64,000 bases of DNA from positions 18,365 through 82,364 of the forward strand of contig CAYNYL010000003.1 of assembly GCA_964401485.1 (NCBI GenBank), in the 5' to 3' direction. The stretch's first letter is position 1, and each line of letters begins with the position of its first letter. The DNA comes from an uncultured Gammaproteobacteria bacterium (GTDB lineage: Bacteria; Patescibacteriota; Patescibacteriia; UBA9934). Made by a program: the position numbers and the translations under genes. Positions 51,036-59,867 of this stretch are shown piece after piece. The notes beneath the pieces are model-generated. The model saw only the letters and a program-made list of their open reading frames with translations, had not been told where the DNA came from and did not search any database.

Positions 51036-51632
51036 ATGCAGTTCCCAACCTTTCAAGAAGAGCTCACACTTATCGCCTCGGGTTACCGAGCGATTGCTGG
51101 GGTTGACGAAGCGGGGTGCGGGGCGCTCGCGGGTCCGGTTGTCGCTGGAGCGGTTATTTTGCCAATGGATTTACAAATTGATCGGCTTCGTGATTCGAAG
51201 ATGGTTCCCGAGCACGAGCGCGAGCTTCTTTACGCGATGATTACCGAAAAAGCGGAGGCATGGGCGGTTGGGATAGCACACGTTGAGGAGATAGAGGCGA
51301 TAAATGTCCGCCAAGCGACTTTTCTTGCGATGCGTCGCGCGCTCGAGCAAATCAAGCCAGACTTTGCCCTTGTTGATGCTTGGACGATACCTGGAATCGC
51401 GCACCCACAAAAGGGAATTATTCGAGGGGATGCGCAGGTCATGTCCATTTCCGCCGCTGCGATTATCGCAAAGGTGAGCCGTGACCGTTTTATGCGCAAG
51501 ATCCATGACCTTTACCCGGAGTATGGGTTTATTGACCATAAAGGCTACGGCACACAAAAACACCGTGACGCCATCTCGCGCCATGGTCTTACCGCAATCC
51601 ACCGACCGAGTTTTTGCCGAAATATCGAATAA
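51036..51632 (+). CDS. rnhB: Ribonuclease HII
   Basis: GVDEAGCGALAGPV, DSK, SISAAAIIAKV.RD, HKGYGT. Confidence 0.95.
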   Translation: MQFPTFQEELTLIASGYRAIAGVDEAGCGALAGPVVAGAVILPMDLQIDRLRDSKMVPEHERELLYAMITEKAEAWAVGIAHVEEIEAINVRQATFLAMRRALEQIKPDFALVDAWTIPGIAHPQKGIIRGDAQVMSISAAAIIAKVSRDRFMRKIHDLYPEYGFIDHKGYGTQKHRDAISRHGLTAIHRPSFCRNIE

Positions 51633-51662
51633 CAAAAAGCCCCCGCGAAAGCGAGGGGTTTT

Positions 51663-51738
51663 TGGAGCCACAGTCGGGAATTGAACCCGAGACCTCATCC
51701 TTACCATGGATGCGCTCTACCAACTGAGCTACTGCGGC
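51663..51738 (-). tRNA. tRNA-Thr (GGT)
   Basis: Anticodon arm CATCC-AT-GGT-AA-GGATG; GGTTCAATTC; 3' CCA. Confidence 0.95.
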
Positions 51739-51810
51739 GGATTGAAAACGGGGCTATCTTATCCACTTTTTGGACGGCCGTCAACCCGCTGAAATGCTAT
51801 ACTTGAGGAT

Positions 51811-52104
51811 ATGGAACATGATGAAGAAGCGTTTGGAGCAATGCTCGCCCTCCTTGTTGCGGGATCAGATTTTACCGATGAGCAAAAAGAGGCGTGGGCG
51901 ACGGTTATTCCGTACATGGAAATCGAGAGCATGGAAAAGCTCGCGACTTTTCTTGCGATGAAAATGAACGAAAAGCTCGAGGCAGAGCTCTCGGGGGCGA
52001 AGGAAGAGATCGAGGCGATGGTAACGAGGAGCGCCAATGAACAGAAAAAGATTAACGAAGCCTTCTTGTCCGGGCTCGCAACTTTAGAAAAAGAACTCGT
52101 TTAG
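51811..52104 (+). CDS. Small helical hypothetical protein
   Basis: 97 aa after TGCTATACT; stop 1 bp before the next ATG. Confidence 0.65.
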   Translation: MEHDEEAFGAMLALLVAGSDFTDEQKEAWATVIPYMEIESMEKLATFLAMKMNEKLEAELSGAKEEIEAMVTRSANEQKKINEAFLSGLATLEKELV

Positions 52105-52105
52105 T

Positions 52106-54778
52106 ATGGTGAAAAAAAATTCGCGTGTTAATCAAAATAAACCGGTATCAACGAATGCTTCCGGTGCCGATTCCGAAGATCGCCGAGCGCGAGCACGCAA
52201 GCTTCTCGAGGAACTCGCTGAAAACAATCGAAAGGCATTTAATGATCAGTTAAAAAAACGTTCTGAATTAGATAAAGCCGTTGGGCGAACGTTGATCGAC
52301 CCCTCTGCAAGCCTGGAGGTTCCAAAGATTGATGAGCCTGATCCGATTGAGGTTCAAGCACTCGATGTTCCAAGTATTTCTGCGACGCCGGAGAATTTGC
52401 GTAACGTTGATTTGCCTGTTGAAACGGTGAGCGTAGAGTACGATGACGAAGCGACCGAAGTGGATGCAGGTAGCGAAGGAGCACATGATCCAATAGTTCG
52501 CATGCCACCAGTTGCGGAACCGGTGCCAGATTATGAATACACGGCAAATCGAGATATTAAGTTTTCGTCTACCCCGATAGATCAGTGGAAGGATGTGATG
52601 CAAGCGGGCGCCTCAGACGGGGTGCCGGTCAGTCAGTCCACGAAAGATAGTGTGAAAATGCGGGAGCGAACAAAGCCCGTAACGCCGGCGCCTCCCGCGC
52701 CCGGTACGAAAAAACCATTTGAGCGTGCAAATAAAACCGTCTCTCCCGAGGACGACGGTGTTGCGATTGAGTTGCCGGAAGATCCCGACGAAGCCAAGGG
52801 AGTGGATAGCGGGGTTGAACGCCGTGACACTTGGGAGCAGCCAAAAACGGTTGATGTTTCTTGGACGGAAAAAGAATCAGCGAGGGCTGGCCTATTCGAC
52901 CGAATTCGTAAAAGCGAATTCTGGAGGTACACGGTCCGAGGTGAGGTGATAGAGGATGCGGTAAAAGTTGGAGCCGATGTTCGTGCCGTTGAAAAAACGG
53001 TACTAGTTTCGAAATTGTTCGATTTTGTAGGAACTGTGAGCGGTTCCCGCATCCTTGTCTCAGGCCTCGCGGCACTGTATCAAAAAGGCCTGGTTTCGGA
53101 AGAGCAACGCCGTATCATTGAGGCGACGACAGCTGATGCTCGCGTAGAACTCGATGGGGGTGAGGCGTTATTTGACGATGATGTTATTCACGAGCGGGCG
53201 GAGCGTATTGGGGAGCGGATCGCGCAATCGAAATATTTAACGGCTGATAAAAAGCGACTTCTCGAACTTAAGCTTAAACAACTTGTCGATGCACGAGATT
53301 CGGCTCTTACAAATCTCGAACAGGGAAAAATTAATGAAGAAATCGTCGACATTATTTCGCGGACACTTAAGGCAAGGGAAGATATCACCACGGTTTCACG
53401 CGATGCGATTAACTTTACACTCCAGTATACGGGGTTGTTTGCGTTGCGGCTTGCCGGTTACGGTCTCGCGACCTCATACAAGGCTGTGCGTCGCTGGGAG
53501 GGTGAAGCGAAACTTGGGCTCGCGGAAAGTAAAGGGGCGGCTGCGGCGAAAGAGTTTACCAGCTGGTGGAACAAGCTTCGAGGTAAGGACGAGGGGCGAC
53601 GTTTGAAAGGGATGGCGGAAGCGGTTTTGACTGCGCTCCCGACAGTTGGCGTTGTCTATCAAGCGAGTGATTGGTCGAATCTTTCCGAGATGGAGTTGGT
53701 TCGGAAGCTTATGAGTAAGATTCGGGTTGAAGAGGTTCCGGAGGTCACGCTGCACGGTGTTGCATATTCGAGTGACACGGCGCATGCGTTGAATCAGGGC
53801 GAGGATGCTTGGAGTGGAAATGGCGCTTTTGATAGTGAAGCGCCGGAACCGGAAATTGAATCGTCGCAAGCTGTGACTGATTTGGATGTACAGTCGCAGA
53901 TTGAGGTTCCGGGTGTCGAACTTGAGCAGGTTCCTGAGATCGCAACTGTTCGTTCGGGTGATGGTGTAACGTGGATTTTGATGCGTCAGTTTAAAGATCG
54001 AGCGGATGAGCTTGGGTATGATGCGACGAAAGATGGGGATGTGCATGAATGGGCACGTCAAAAGGCGCTCGCGCTTGCAAGAGCAAAAGGGTATCTCGAT
54101 GAGCATGGATTTGAAACACGGATTAAAGGTGATGCAGTAGGGTCGATCGGCCTTGTGTTGAATGAGGAAGGAGACGGGTTCACAATCGTACAGAAAACCG
54201 GTGAATTGATGAGCGCAGGTCAGCGAGGTCGATTCTTTGAAGACGTCGAGGTTCCGGCGGCCTCTACGCCCGAATTATCCACAACGTCCGAGGAGGTGGA
54301 ATTACCGGTAGATATCGGTACGGAAGCGCCGGACGACGTCGAGCTTCCGGAGCCTGAGCCAGAGGTCGAGCAAGTTACTCAAGCCCCCGAGGTTGAGGCG
54401 CCGACCGGTGTTGCAGAAATTCGCGTCGACTCATATGGAAAAATGAAGGCTTTTGAGACGATCGACGGTCGTTATACACTCGATCTTTCGAAGTTTGAAG
54501 TTCGACGAAGACACTTGGAAATGATGCGAGAATTAGCGATTTCTCCCGACGATATCGATACACCGGAGGAGCGCGCCTTCTTCCAAAAACTATTCGCCTA
54601 CGCGTATACGCTCGACGAGATGCGAAAGCAGGGAGAGGAGGGTGGTCGAGTCTATACCGGACTCGCAAAAGAGGCTAATCGGCTATTTGTTATGTCCTAT
54701 TCTAGAATGGGGGTCGAGGTGAACCCGGGTAACCCGCTTATCCTCCCACTCCTTAAGCCGGAATACCGAATCCGCTAG
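52106..54778 (+). CDS. Large hypothetical protein, possible LysM-like segment
   Basis: 890 aa; acidic/Pro-rich linkers; ATVRSGDGVTWIL resembles a LysM start. Confidence 0.65.
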   Translation: MVKKNSRVNQNKPVSTNASGADSEDRRARARKLLEELAENNRKAFNDQLKKRSELDKAVGRTLIDPSASLEVPKIDEPDPIEVQALDVPSISATPENLRNVDLPVETVSVEYDDEATEVDAGSEGAHDPIVRMPPVAEPVPDYEYTANRDIKFSSTPIDQWKDVMQAGASDGVPVSQSTKDSVKMRERTKPVTPAPPAPGTKKPFERANKTVSPEDDGVAIELPEDPDEAKGVDSGVERRDTWEQPKTVDVSWTEKESARAGLFDRIRKSEFWRYTVRGEVIEDAVKVGADVRAVEKTVLVSKLFDFVGTVSGSRILVSGLAALYQKGLVSEEQRRIIEATTADARVELDGGEALFDDDVIHERAERIGERIAQSKYLTADKKRLLELKLKQLVDARDSALTNLEQGKINEEIVDIISRTLKAREDITTVSRDAINFTLQYTGLFALRLAGYGLATSYKAVRRWEGEAKLGLAESKGAAAAKEFTSWWNKLRGKDEGRRLKGMAEAVLTALPTVGVVYQASDWSNLSEMELVRKLMSKIRVEEVPEVTLHGVAYSSDTAHALNQGEDAWSGNGAFDSEAPEPEIESSQAVTDLDVQSQIEVPGVELEQVPEIATVRSGDGVTWILMRQFKDRADELGYDATKDGDVHEWARQKALALARAKGYLDEHGFETRIKGDAVGSIGLVLNEEGDGFTIVQKTGELMSAGQRGRFFEDVEVPAASTPELSTTSEEVELPVDIGTEAPDDVELPEPEPEVEQVTQAPEVEAPTGVAEIRVDSYGKMKAFETIDGRYTLDLSKFEVRRRHLEMMRELAISPDDIDTPEERAFFQKLFAYAYTLDEMRKQGEEGGRVYTGLAKEANRLFVMSYSRMGVEVNPGNPLILPLLKPEYRIR

Positions 54779-54839
54779 CTTGTTGCAAAAACGGGGAAAT
54801 GCTACACTTTTACCGTTAATTCATTAACTAACTATTGCT

Positions 54840-55127
54840 ATGGAAAAGCGATTAAGCAAGTCACAACTCGTAGCCGCTATGGCGGAAACATGGGGAGTGT
54901 CAAAAAAAGAGGCCGGAGAATACTATGATGCATTCATCGGACTCGTTTACAAAGAAGTAAAGCGAGCCGGAGAGATCATGCTCCCAGGCCTTGGCAAATT
55001 CGCAAAGAAGCGCCGAGATGCGCGAACTGGACGAAACCCACTTACGGGTGCAACGATCCAAATTCCTGCAAAGACGGTCGTGAAGTTCACGGTCAACAAG
55101 GCTGCTAAGGACGCGCTCCTTAAATAG
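54840..55127 (+). CDS. HU family DNA-binding protein
   Basis: LSKSQLV, LPGLGKF, ARTGRNPLTG, IPAK..VKF. Confidence 0.95.
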   Translation: MEKRLSKSQLVAAMAETWGVSKKEAGEYYDAFIGLVYKEVKRAGEIMLPGLGKFAKKRRDARTGRNPLTGATIQIPAKTVVKFTVNKAAKDALLK

Positions 55128-55226
55128 TCACCTTGAACCAAAGTCGAAAATCCCCACCTGGGGATTTTTGCGTTGTCGCCCCCTGTTCAGAATTTGAAAA
55201 TGGGTATAGTTTAAGAAATTAGGTTT

Positions 55227-56411
55227 ATGTCAAAACTCCGGATAGCCCTTATCGCTCTTCTTGTCAGTATCGCCGGTTTGGTTGTTGTCCTTCTCGCAAC
55301 TTCCTATCTCATGGGAGACGACAGTGCTCTGCAAAAAGATTCAACCGTCGATGAGTTAATTCTTGAGGTCACCCAGCGTCGCCTCCTTGAAGAAGAGGGC
55401 GGAGTTGATTTTGGCACTGAGAAAGAGATCAATGTTCTTCTCATAGGACTAGACCAGCGTAAGGATTGGGATAATCCGCATTGCGATGCAATTCACATGT
55501 TTACGCTTGATCTGGAAAACTGGACAATGGAAATTACGTCGGTTCCTCGAGGAACGTACGCGTACATTCCGCGCTCGCTTCCGGAGACGGAGTACTATCT
55601 TGCTAATACTTGCTCCTACGAAGGGCTCGACTATGGAATTAAGCAAATGGAAAAGATCATTGGTCGACGGGCGGATTACTATGCGACGGTGAACTTTTCG
55701 CAAGTGATTGGGATCATGCGCATGCTTGATCTTCCGACAACAGAGTCGCTTCAATGGCTTCGGCATCGCCAGAGTTACGCTATTGGAGATCCGCAACGAA
55801 GTCATAACCAGGCCGTATTCATGAAGGACTTGATTCTGTCTCAATTTCATCGGTTCGAGGGTGATTTTAGTCTTCCGGTGATGTATGCGATGTTTCAGTT
55901 TATCGATACGGACATGAGCTTCACGACGGCAAAATCGCTTGTCCGCGGATATCTTGAGTCGAAAATTTATGAGCGTCCGGAGGATATTGTGCTTTCGATG
56001 AAGCCGTACCATGAAACGGTTGATTATCATTTCGATCTTGAGAACCCCGATGCTCAAATTGAGGCACTGCTTCGTCGGATTCGGCCCTATTTGTCGGATG
56101 ATGACTTGTCGGACCGTTCACTTGAGGAGGTGCAGGCGGAGCTCGTTGCCTATCTTCAAGAGCAGTTAGAGGGCGATGCGCTGGTAGACTCGATTGTTGC
56201 AAGGTCGCTTTGGATGCAAATTGAAGATGAGGCTGTACGTAATGACCTGCATTATCGCTACGTTGAGGAATACGTATATTCGCTCATTGAGCGTGATCGA
56301 AAAGAGGATGCGATTGAATACCTAACCTCTTATATTATCGAGGTTGAAGCATTCGGGCTCGATTCATATGCGACGCGAGGGCGTGGGCTCATGCAGTACA
56401 TCGCACAGTAG
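55227..56411 (+). CDS. LCP (LytR-CpsA-Psr) family protein
   Basis: TM anchor, NVLLIGLD.R, DAI, SVPR, LRHR, D..R. Confidence 0.75.
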   Translation: MSKLRIALIALLVSIAGLVVVLLATSYLMGDDSALQKDSTVDELILEVTQRRLLEEEGGVDFGTEKEINVLLIGLDQRKDWDNPHCDAIHMFTLDLENWTMEITSVPRGTYAYIPRSLPETEYYLANTCSYEGLDYGIKQMEKIIGRRADYYATVNFSQVIGIMRMLDLPTTESLQWLRHRQSYAIGDPQRSHNQAVFMKDLILSQFHRFEGDFSLPVMYAMFQFIDTDMSFTTAKSLVRGYLESKIYERPEDIVLSMKPYHETVDYHFDLENPDAQIEALLRRIRPYLSDDDLSDRSLEEVQAELVAYLQEQLEGDALVDSIVARSLWMQIEDEAVRNDLHYRYVEEYVYSLIERDRKEDAIEYLTSYIIEVEAFGLDSYATRGRGLMQYIAQ

Positions 56412-56427
56412 GGTATACTTTCGGTAT

Positions 56428-57261
56428 ATGGAGGTTGTAAAAAATGATGGGGAGCGGGAGGCTTATTCCGAGGAGAAGGTGATACGGAGCATTGTACATA
56501 CGGGGGCGGATGCAAAAACGGCCGGCGATGTGCTTGCGCGCGTGACGCCTAGGGTGACTGACGGGATGACGACGCGGGAGTTGTACGCGATTGTGCGCGA
56601 GGAGCTTAAGAAGACGAACGTGTGTTTTGGGTGTCGCTATGATTTGCGCGAAGCGATTATTCGACTTGGACCAACTGGATTCCCGTTTGAGCGCTACTTC
56701 TCGGCGATTTTGCGCGAGGAGGGATACGATGCGGAGGTTCCTGAGGGCGAGATTCCCGGAGCCTGTGTCATGCATGAAGTGGATGGACTCGCAAAGAAAG
56801 ATGGAAAGCTCCATTTTATCGAGTGTAAGTTTCGGCAAGACGCAACCGACTACGTCGATCTGAAGAATGCGATGGCGACATGGGCTCGCTTCCTCGATCT
56901 TGTTGACGGCTATGCTTCCGGAAAAAATCCGTACCCGATCACTGATCCGTGGCTTGTAACGAACGCTGCGTTTTCAGATCGAGCGGAGCGGTTTGGACGT
57001 TGTAAGGGGATTCGGCTCATTGGTTGGCATCTTCCAAAGGAACGGCCACTCTCGCAAATCGTAAAGGAGCGACGTATGTGGCCAATCACGATTCTCAATG
57101 AGCTGACTCCAAAGGAGATGGAGGCATTCAGTCGCCATGAAATTATGCTCTGTTCAGAGCTTGCGGGTTATGACCCTGACGATCTCGCGGAGCGACTCGA
57201 CCTGTCTCTTGCTCGGGCCGAGGCGCTTATCCGTCACGCGGGGGAAATTATTGGAGAATGA
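56428..57261 (+). CDS. ATP-cone plus PD-(D/E)XK restriction-endonuclease-like protein
   Basis: VVKNDGEREAYSEEKV ATP cone; GFPFE, EVD, IECKF, LVTN Mrr-like nuclease motifs. Confidence 0.8.
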   Translation: MEVVKNDGEREAYSEEKVIRSIVHTGADAKTAGDVLARVTPRVTDGMTTRELYAIVREELKKTNVCFGCRYDLREAIIRLGPTGFPFERYFSAILREEGYDAEVPEGEIPGACVMHEVDGLAKKDGKLHFIECKFRQDATDYVDLKNAMATWARFLDLVDGYASGKNPYPITDPWLVTNAAFSDRAERFGRCKGIRLIGWHLPKERPLSQIVKERRMWPITILNELTPKEMEAFSRHEIMLCSELAGYDPDDLAERLDLSLARAEALIRHAGEIIGE

Positions 57262-57265
57262 AGCT

Positions 57266-57799
57266 CCGAGGCCTTACGGCCTCGGTATCTTCTTACAAAA
57301 CAAGCTTCGCTTGTCCGCTCTCCTCCTTGCCTTGGTGTTCTATGTAGGCCTTGATTTGTCGTTCATTTACTCCGACCGTCGACAGGAAGTAGCCGTCACT
57401 CCAGAAGGCGATTTTCTTGCCATACATCGTCTCTACCGCAGGAAACTTCTTTTGCATCACACGGGAGCTATTTGACTTAAGGATGTTAACGGCTTTCGAG
57501 ATACTCCACTTTGGTGGGATAGACATGAGGAGGTGAACATGATCTACATCCGTGTTTGCCTCAAGGAGCATAAGGTCAGGATAGTTTTTGCAGATGCGGT
57601 GGAAGATCCCAATGCAGTACGCTCCCATGTGATGTTTTAGTACGTGGCGTCGATACTTCGTGACGAACACAAGGTGGTAGCGAGTGTAGTAAACAGCCTG
57701 AGCCTGGCGACGATATTCCATACACCTTGGAGCCTAGCACGAAAGACAAGGCGCGTCGTCGAGCGGAGAAGAGGAAGACACGAGGCCTTACGGCCTCGG
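57266..57799 (-). mobile_element. IS200/IS605-family element (tnpA only)
   Basis: tnpA flanked by two copies of hairpin CGAGGCC-TTAC-GGCCTCGG (57266-57285, 57781-57799); true ends may extend a few bp further. Confidence 0.85.
57293..57721 (-). CDS. tnpA: IS200/IS605 Y1 (HUH) transposase
   Basis: YHLVFVTKYRR, DHVHLL (HUH), LKSNSS, FWSDGYF, YIEHQ. Confidence 0.95.
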   Translation of the reverse strand: MEYRRQAQAVYYTRYHLVFVTKYRRHVLKHHMGAYCIGIFHRICKNYPDLMLLEANTDVDHVHLLMSIPPKWSISKAVNILKSNSSRVMQKKFPAVETMYGKKIAFWSDGYFLSTVGVNERQIKAYIEHQGKEESGQAKLVL

Positions 57800-57841
57800 T
57801 TTTCTTGTAAATAAAAAGCACCGCCTTTCGGCGGTGTTTTC

Positions 57842-58075
57842 TTAGACCATGAGGAGGGTTCGGAGGTCGAAGACCTTTCCGTCCTTCTGCCATTTTGCGA
57901 GAGTTCGCATTCCACGTGTCGAGATCATCACGGTTTCCATGATTCCCGTAGCAGGATTCATCATCCGCTTTTTGTGGAGGTTTGGCATCTGTCGGCGCTT
58001 CACCTTGCGGTTTGAGTGGCTGACGTGGTTGCCGGTAAGTGGCGTTTTTCCAGTTAGTTTGCAAATTTTTGACAT
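57842..58075 (-). CDS. rpmB: 50S ribosomal protein L28
   Basis: [29 protein letters not shown]. Confidence 0.95.
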   Translation of the reverse strand: MSKICKLTGKTPLTGNHVSHSNRKVKRRQMPNLHKKRMMNPATGIMETVMISTRGMRTLAKWQKDGKVFDLRTLLMV

Positions 58076-58187
58076 AAAAATCGTTCGGGGGAAGTGTACG
58101 GGATTTCTTATATTTCGTCAAGGTTCAGGGAAAAGAGAGCACCCCCGCTCATTCGAGACGGGGGTGCGAGACGTGGGAAGCGAACCT

Positions 58188-59057
58188 CTAGATCAAAACG
58201 GTTGCGTGACCGTAGAAGTCCCGGCGATTGTCGTACGCTGTGTCAGTAAGGGTCACCATTGCGTCTTTACGTCCCGTAACCAGGACGGGTACGTGGTCGT
58301 GTGGCATGGGGCTCGTTCCTGCGGGAAACAGGACTCCAAGTAGCGGGATCGATGGGGCATCTGCCTCTCGACGCCAGTGAATCCATTCCGGGTGCTGTGA
58401 AGCGGCGTATAGCACCTCGAGCCAACTGTGTAGCGTGGGGTTGAGCGCGAGGTCGCCGATTTGTGTCCGGTGGGAGGTGTTTCCAAAGCACACTTTCCGA
58501 ATCGAGAGGGTGTTTGGCACGAACCTCGATTCGGGCATGCTTGGGTTGAGAGCGAGGTCTTCACTCCTCTGCCAAGGATCTCGGGTGTGAAGTAGACTCG
58601 GGTACGTTTCGAGAAACGATTCCCCCCAGCACTTTGAGATCAGGCCAACCGCATATCGATACGTCTCGGTGAGCGTACCGAGCGTCCGAACGATTACCGG
58701 AGTCGCGCACTTCTCGTCGCATTCACCGGTGATCGAAATGCGTGAAGCGGCAAACTGGTATCGATCGCGCATCCGATCAATGTCCTCGCCCCCTACTCCT
58801 TCGTAGTTCCGGACGGTTTGGATAAGATCGTCAAGCGGAGTCCAGCGTCCGTGGACGGCGCGAAACGAGGGTATGGTTCTCGTGAGCTTGAACATGCGTT
58901 CCGCAATGTCAGCTCTATTTGCGATGAGACCGACCATATCGCCGTCGAAGCCCGCGGCCTCGAGTTTGCGTTCGAATTGGTCCCAAGTACCTTTCGGCAC
59001 CTCTGCGAATCGGCGGGCCATGGCGGCGGGCCTCCCTCTGTTGTCACGGGCGGGCAT
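58188..59057 (-). CDS. Hypothetical protein
   Basis: 289-aa ORF with own promoter and downstream hairpin. Confidence 0.65.
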   Translation of the reverse strand: MPARDNRGRPAAMARRFAEVPKGTWDQFERKLEAAGFDGDMVGLIANRADIAERMFKLTRTIPSFRAVHGRWTPLDDLIQTVRNYEGVGGEDIDRMRDRYQFAASRISITGECDEKCATPVIVRTLGTLTETYRYAVGLISKCWGESFLETYPSLLHTRDPWQRSEDLALNPSMPESRFVPNTLSIRKVCFGNTSHRTQIGDLALNPTLHSWLEVLYAASQHPEWIHWRREADAPSIPLLGVLFPAGTSPMPHDHVPVLVTGRKDAMVTLTDTAYDNRRDFYGHATVLI

Positions 59058-59209
59058 TCTTTACAGCACTATGCTGATTGAACGCGGGCCTAATTGGCGT
59101 GACGGAAAAATCATCCTTGGAAAATGGTAAAAAGTCAATATAAACAAAAGCCCCGACCAATCGAGCTGTCTCGAAGGTCGGGGACGGGTAGGGGGCGGGC
59201 GGGCCGGCT

Positions 59210-59779
59210 CTAGGGGATCACCCACCTTGAGCTACGCTGGTTCCCGATCTGGACGACGATCCCGCGCGATTCGAGCTCACGAAGGATGGCCAGTGTCTCC
59301 GGGTACGGGTGGTCGATCGTTTTCGCGATGGCCGATCCCGAAAGCCCGAGGGCGTCTTTGATCAAGAGATCGACGATCTGTGTTTCGTGGTCGGGGGGCT
59401 TGACCTTGAGGACGAACTTTTCGCGAATCGCGAAGAAGCTCTGCCGTCCCTCGATCGTATCGAACTGGCCGCGACCCGAGGCCTTGATCGCCTCTTGGAT
59501 CGCGGTTCGCGCGATGAAGATGTCGAGCGCTTCTCGCACGTCTTCCTCAAGCGCGTTCGTCAGCTGATTCTGCGCGTTCATGCACAGAAGGTCGTCGAGA
59601 ACCGGGAACAGCCTTGCGACGAACTCGTCAAGAAGGCAGGCCTTCTTGACCGTCGTCCTGACAAAGAGCGCACGAAGCGCTCCATCAGCAACCATTCTAC
59701 GAAGGACGGCAGCTGATTGTGGGAATGCTGTGAGAGCAATCCCGCAAACGCCGTCGACCGTATGGGCGTTGTGAATCAT
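59210..59779 (-). CDS. Hypothetical protein with C-terminal winged-helix-like domain
   Basis: AGGAGG SD; GLSGSAIAKTI...LRELESRGIV...W. Confidence 0.6.
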   Translation of the reverse strand: MIHNAHTVDGVCGIALTAFPQSAAVLRRMVADGALRALFVRTTVKKACLLDEFVARLFPVLDDLLCMNAQNQLTNALEEDVREALDIFIARTAIQEAIKASGRGQFDTIEGRQSFFAIREKFVLKVKPPDHETQIVDLLIKDALGLSGSAIAKTIDHPYPETLAILRELESRGIVVQIGNQRSSRWVIP

Positions 59780-59867
59780 TGATTCCTCCTGTCCAAAAGG
59801 GACCAGATAAACTACCATAAATCACCGAAAAAGTCAATGTTTACGAGGTGTGGTAAAATCGAGCTAC

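Noticed and set aside
58188-58320. Second VR served by the TR at 10724
   Set aside because: The reverse complement shows no alignable identity to the TR. I saw no other TR match in the window, though the search was by eye only.
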